From NCBI GenBank assembly GCA_943789275.1, contig CALSTM010000002.1, positions 300,001 through 332,000 on the forward strand: DNA of 32,000 nucleotides. The letters run 5' to 3'. The notes below the pieces were generated by a model. That model did not search any database. It was given only the letters and a program-made list of their open reading frames with translations, and was not told where the DNA came from. The position numbers and the translations under genes are program-made. Shown here piece after piece: positions 31,083 through 32,000 of the stretch. This DNA comes from Candidatus Poseidoniaceae archaeon (lineage in GTDB: Archaea > Thermoplasmatota > Poseidoniia > Poseidoniales > Poseidoniaceae). The first letter of the stretch is position 1, and the number at the start of each line of letters is the position of its first letter.

Positions 31083-32000
31083 ATGCTCATGCCTAAACCG
31101 ACGGTTTTTGCAACTGGTTGGAGGAAACCAACTGTTGCGATTCTCCTCATACTGTGTCTATGCAGTACCCCATTTACTGCTCAAGCAGACAAGGTACATT
31201 CACCCTACCAACCGGTTGAGATGTGCGGATTTGTCGATGATTTAAGTTTCAACGGAACCTTAGCCAACCAATCGGTTCAGTGGCAATCAAGTCTCGGGCC
31301 TCGAACAATCGGTTCTGATGCCTCTGCCCTCTTCCGCTCATCGGTTGAAGAAAACGTGACTGGATGGAACCAAGAAAACTTGACTCACTGGAACGTAAGT
31401 ATGCACGAATATACTGTTGAAAATCTTACCTTTACCAATATACAAGCCTCACTGAGGCCAGCCAACTTCAGTGAAACTACGCCAAGAATTGTCTTGGTTG
31501 CCCACTACGACAGCAGAGATGCCGCTGAACGAGACCCTGACATGAATCGTACAGGTGAACCAATTATCGGGGCCAACGACGGGGCCAGTGGAGCTGCAGC
31601 ACTCCTCGAATTAGCTCGAATCATTCCACCAATGCAACTTGACTATGAGGTCGAATTGTTGTGGACCGATGCTGAGGACAAAAACCACAAACCACACACT
31701 TTCTTTGGCGCAGACGCTTGGGGTGGAGACCAAACCGAGGTAGATATCAACCGTACCGATGCATACATCGTGCTCGATATGATTGGTGATGCCGACCTTC
31801 AACTGACCCATATATGGCCAGGGAATGGTTCTCTGTGGAGCACCATAACCCCACTCGCACAATCACTCGGAATGGTCGAAGGGCATCCGGATTGTAAGGG
31901 AGTTCCCGGCGTGAAGATTCTTGATATGAACACCTCATTCGGCGTATCAGACGACCATCTCGCTGCACTTGAGATTGGCATTCCTGCTATCGACCTTATC
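31083..32000 (+). CDS. Secreted M28-family peptidase / glutaminyl-cyclase-like protein, 3'-partial
   Basis: This ORF is absent from the ORF track because it runs off the window. Frame 3 is open from the stop at 31056. It begins MLMPKPTVFATGWRKPTVAILLILCLCSTPFTAQA (signal). Motifs: VLVAHYDSRD, GANDGASGAAALLELAR, VLDMIGD and SDDH. Confidence 0.75.
   Translation, partial: MLMPKPTVFATGWRKPTVAILLILCLCSTPFTAQADKVHSPYQPVEMCGFVDDLSFNGTLANQSVQWQSSLGPRTIGSDASALFRSSVEENVTGWNQENLTHWNVSMHEYTVENLTFTNIQASLRPANFSETTPRIVLVAHYDSRDAAERDPDMNRTGEPIIGANDGASGAAALLELARIIPPMQLDYEVELLWTDAEDKNHKPHTFFGADAWGGDQTEVDINRTDAYIVLDMIGDADLQLTHIWPGNGSLWSTITPLAQSLGMVEGHPDCKGVPGVKILDMNTSFGVSDDHLAALEIGIPAIDLI

Noticed and set aside
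30916-31245. A 109-aa plus-strand ORF spanning the divergent promoter and the 5' end of the M28-like gene.
   Set aside because: It overlaps the 5' end of the 1400-aa gene in antisense and is out of frame with the well-supported M28-like ORF. That ORF has a clear signal peptide and catalytic motifs.

Overview
The window is a compact chromosomal segment, about 97% coding by my gene calls, and is almost certainly archaeal. The archaeal call rests on a Hel308/Ski2 helicase followed by a Cgi121-like gene, a multi-OB-fold RPA with a coupled COG3390 Rpa-associated protein, and a FlaI/PilB-type ATPase carrying the IRKF motif. It also carries bacterial-type DNA gyrase (gyrB-gyrA), a combination seen in Thermoplasmatota, Halobacteria and class II methanogens. 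The streamlined layout, acidic proteins and large PKD-bearing surface protease fit a marine planktonic archaeon of the MGII/Poseidoniales type, but that placement is inference only.

I call 23 protein-coding genes:
- A partial acidic protein of unknown function at the left edge.
- A four-gene type IV filament-like module: a small soluble protein, two single-T2SSF-domain membrane genes, and an ATPase. It lies directly downstream of rpa-rpap.
- tldD and pmbA.
- A Cgi121-like gene and hel308.
- A TerB-like membrane protein.
- A 684-aa membrane protein of unknown function.
- A hotdog thioesterase and a SprT-like zinc protease.
- An AstE/AspA-family M14 enzyme.
- An isopropylmalate/homocitrate-synthase-like enzyme.
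- gyrA and gyrB.
- A type I dehydroquinase.
- An exoproteome cluster: a 382-aa anchored protein, a 1400-aa gluzincin+PKD surface protease, and a partial M28/glutaminyl-cyclase-like peptidase.

I saw no rRNA, tRNA, CRISPR array, transposase or integrase.

The most interesting observations are:
- A pilin-less, split-platform type IV filament module sits on the same strand immediately downstream of the ssDNA-binding rpa-rpap pair.
- A 1-nt frameshift at a GGG run splits RPA.
- GyrA has a canonical EF-hand loop at its extreme C-terminus.
- The gyrA-to-synthase spacer has a 9-bp stem plus sequences complementary to the downstream start codon.
- The 278-nt gyrB/aroD divergent region contains a 10-bp inverted repeat.

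All functional calls come from motif recognition by eye. No HMM or BLAST search was run.
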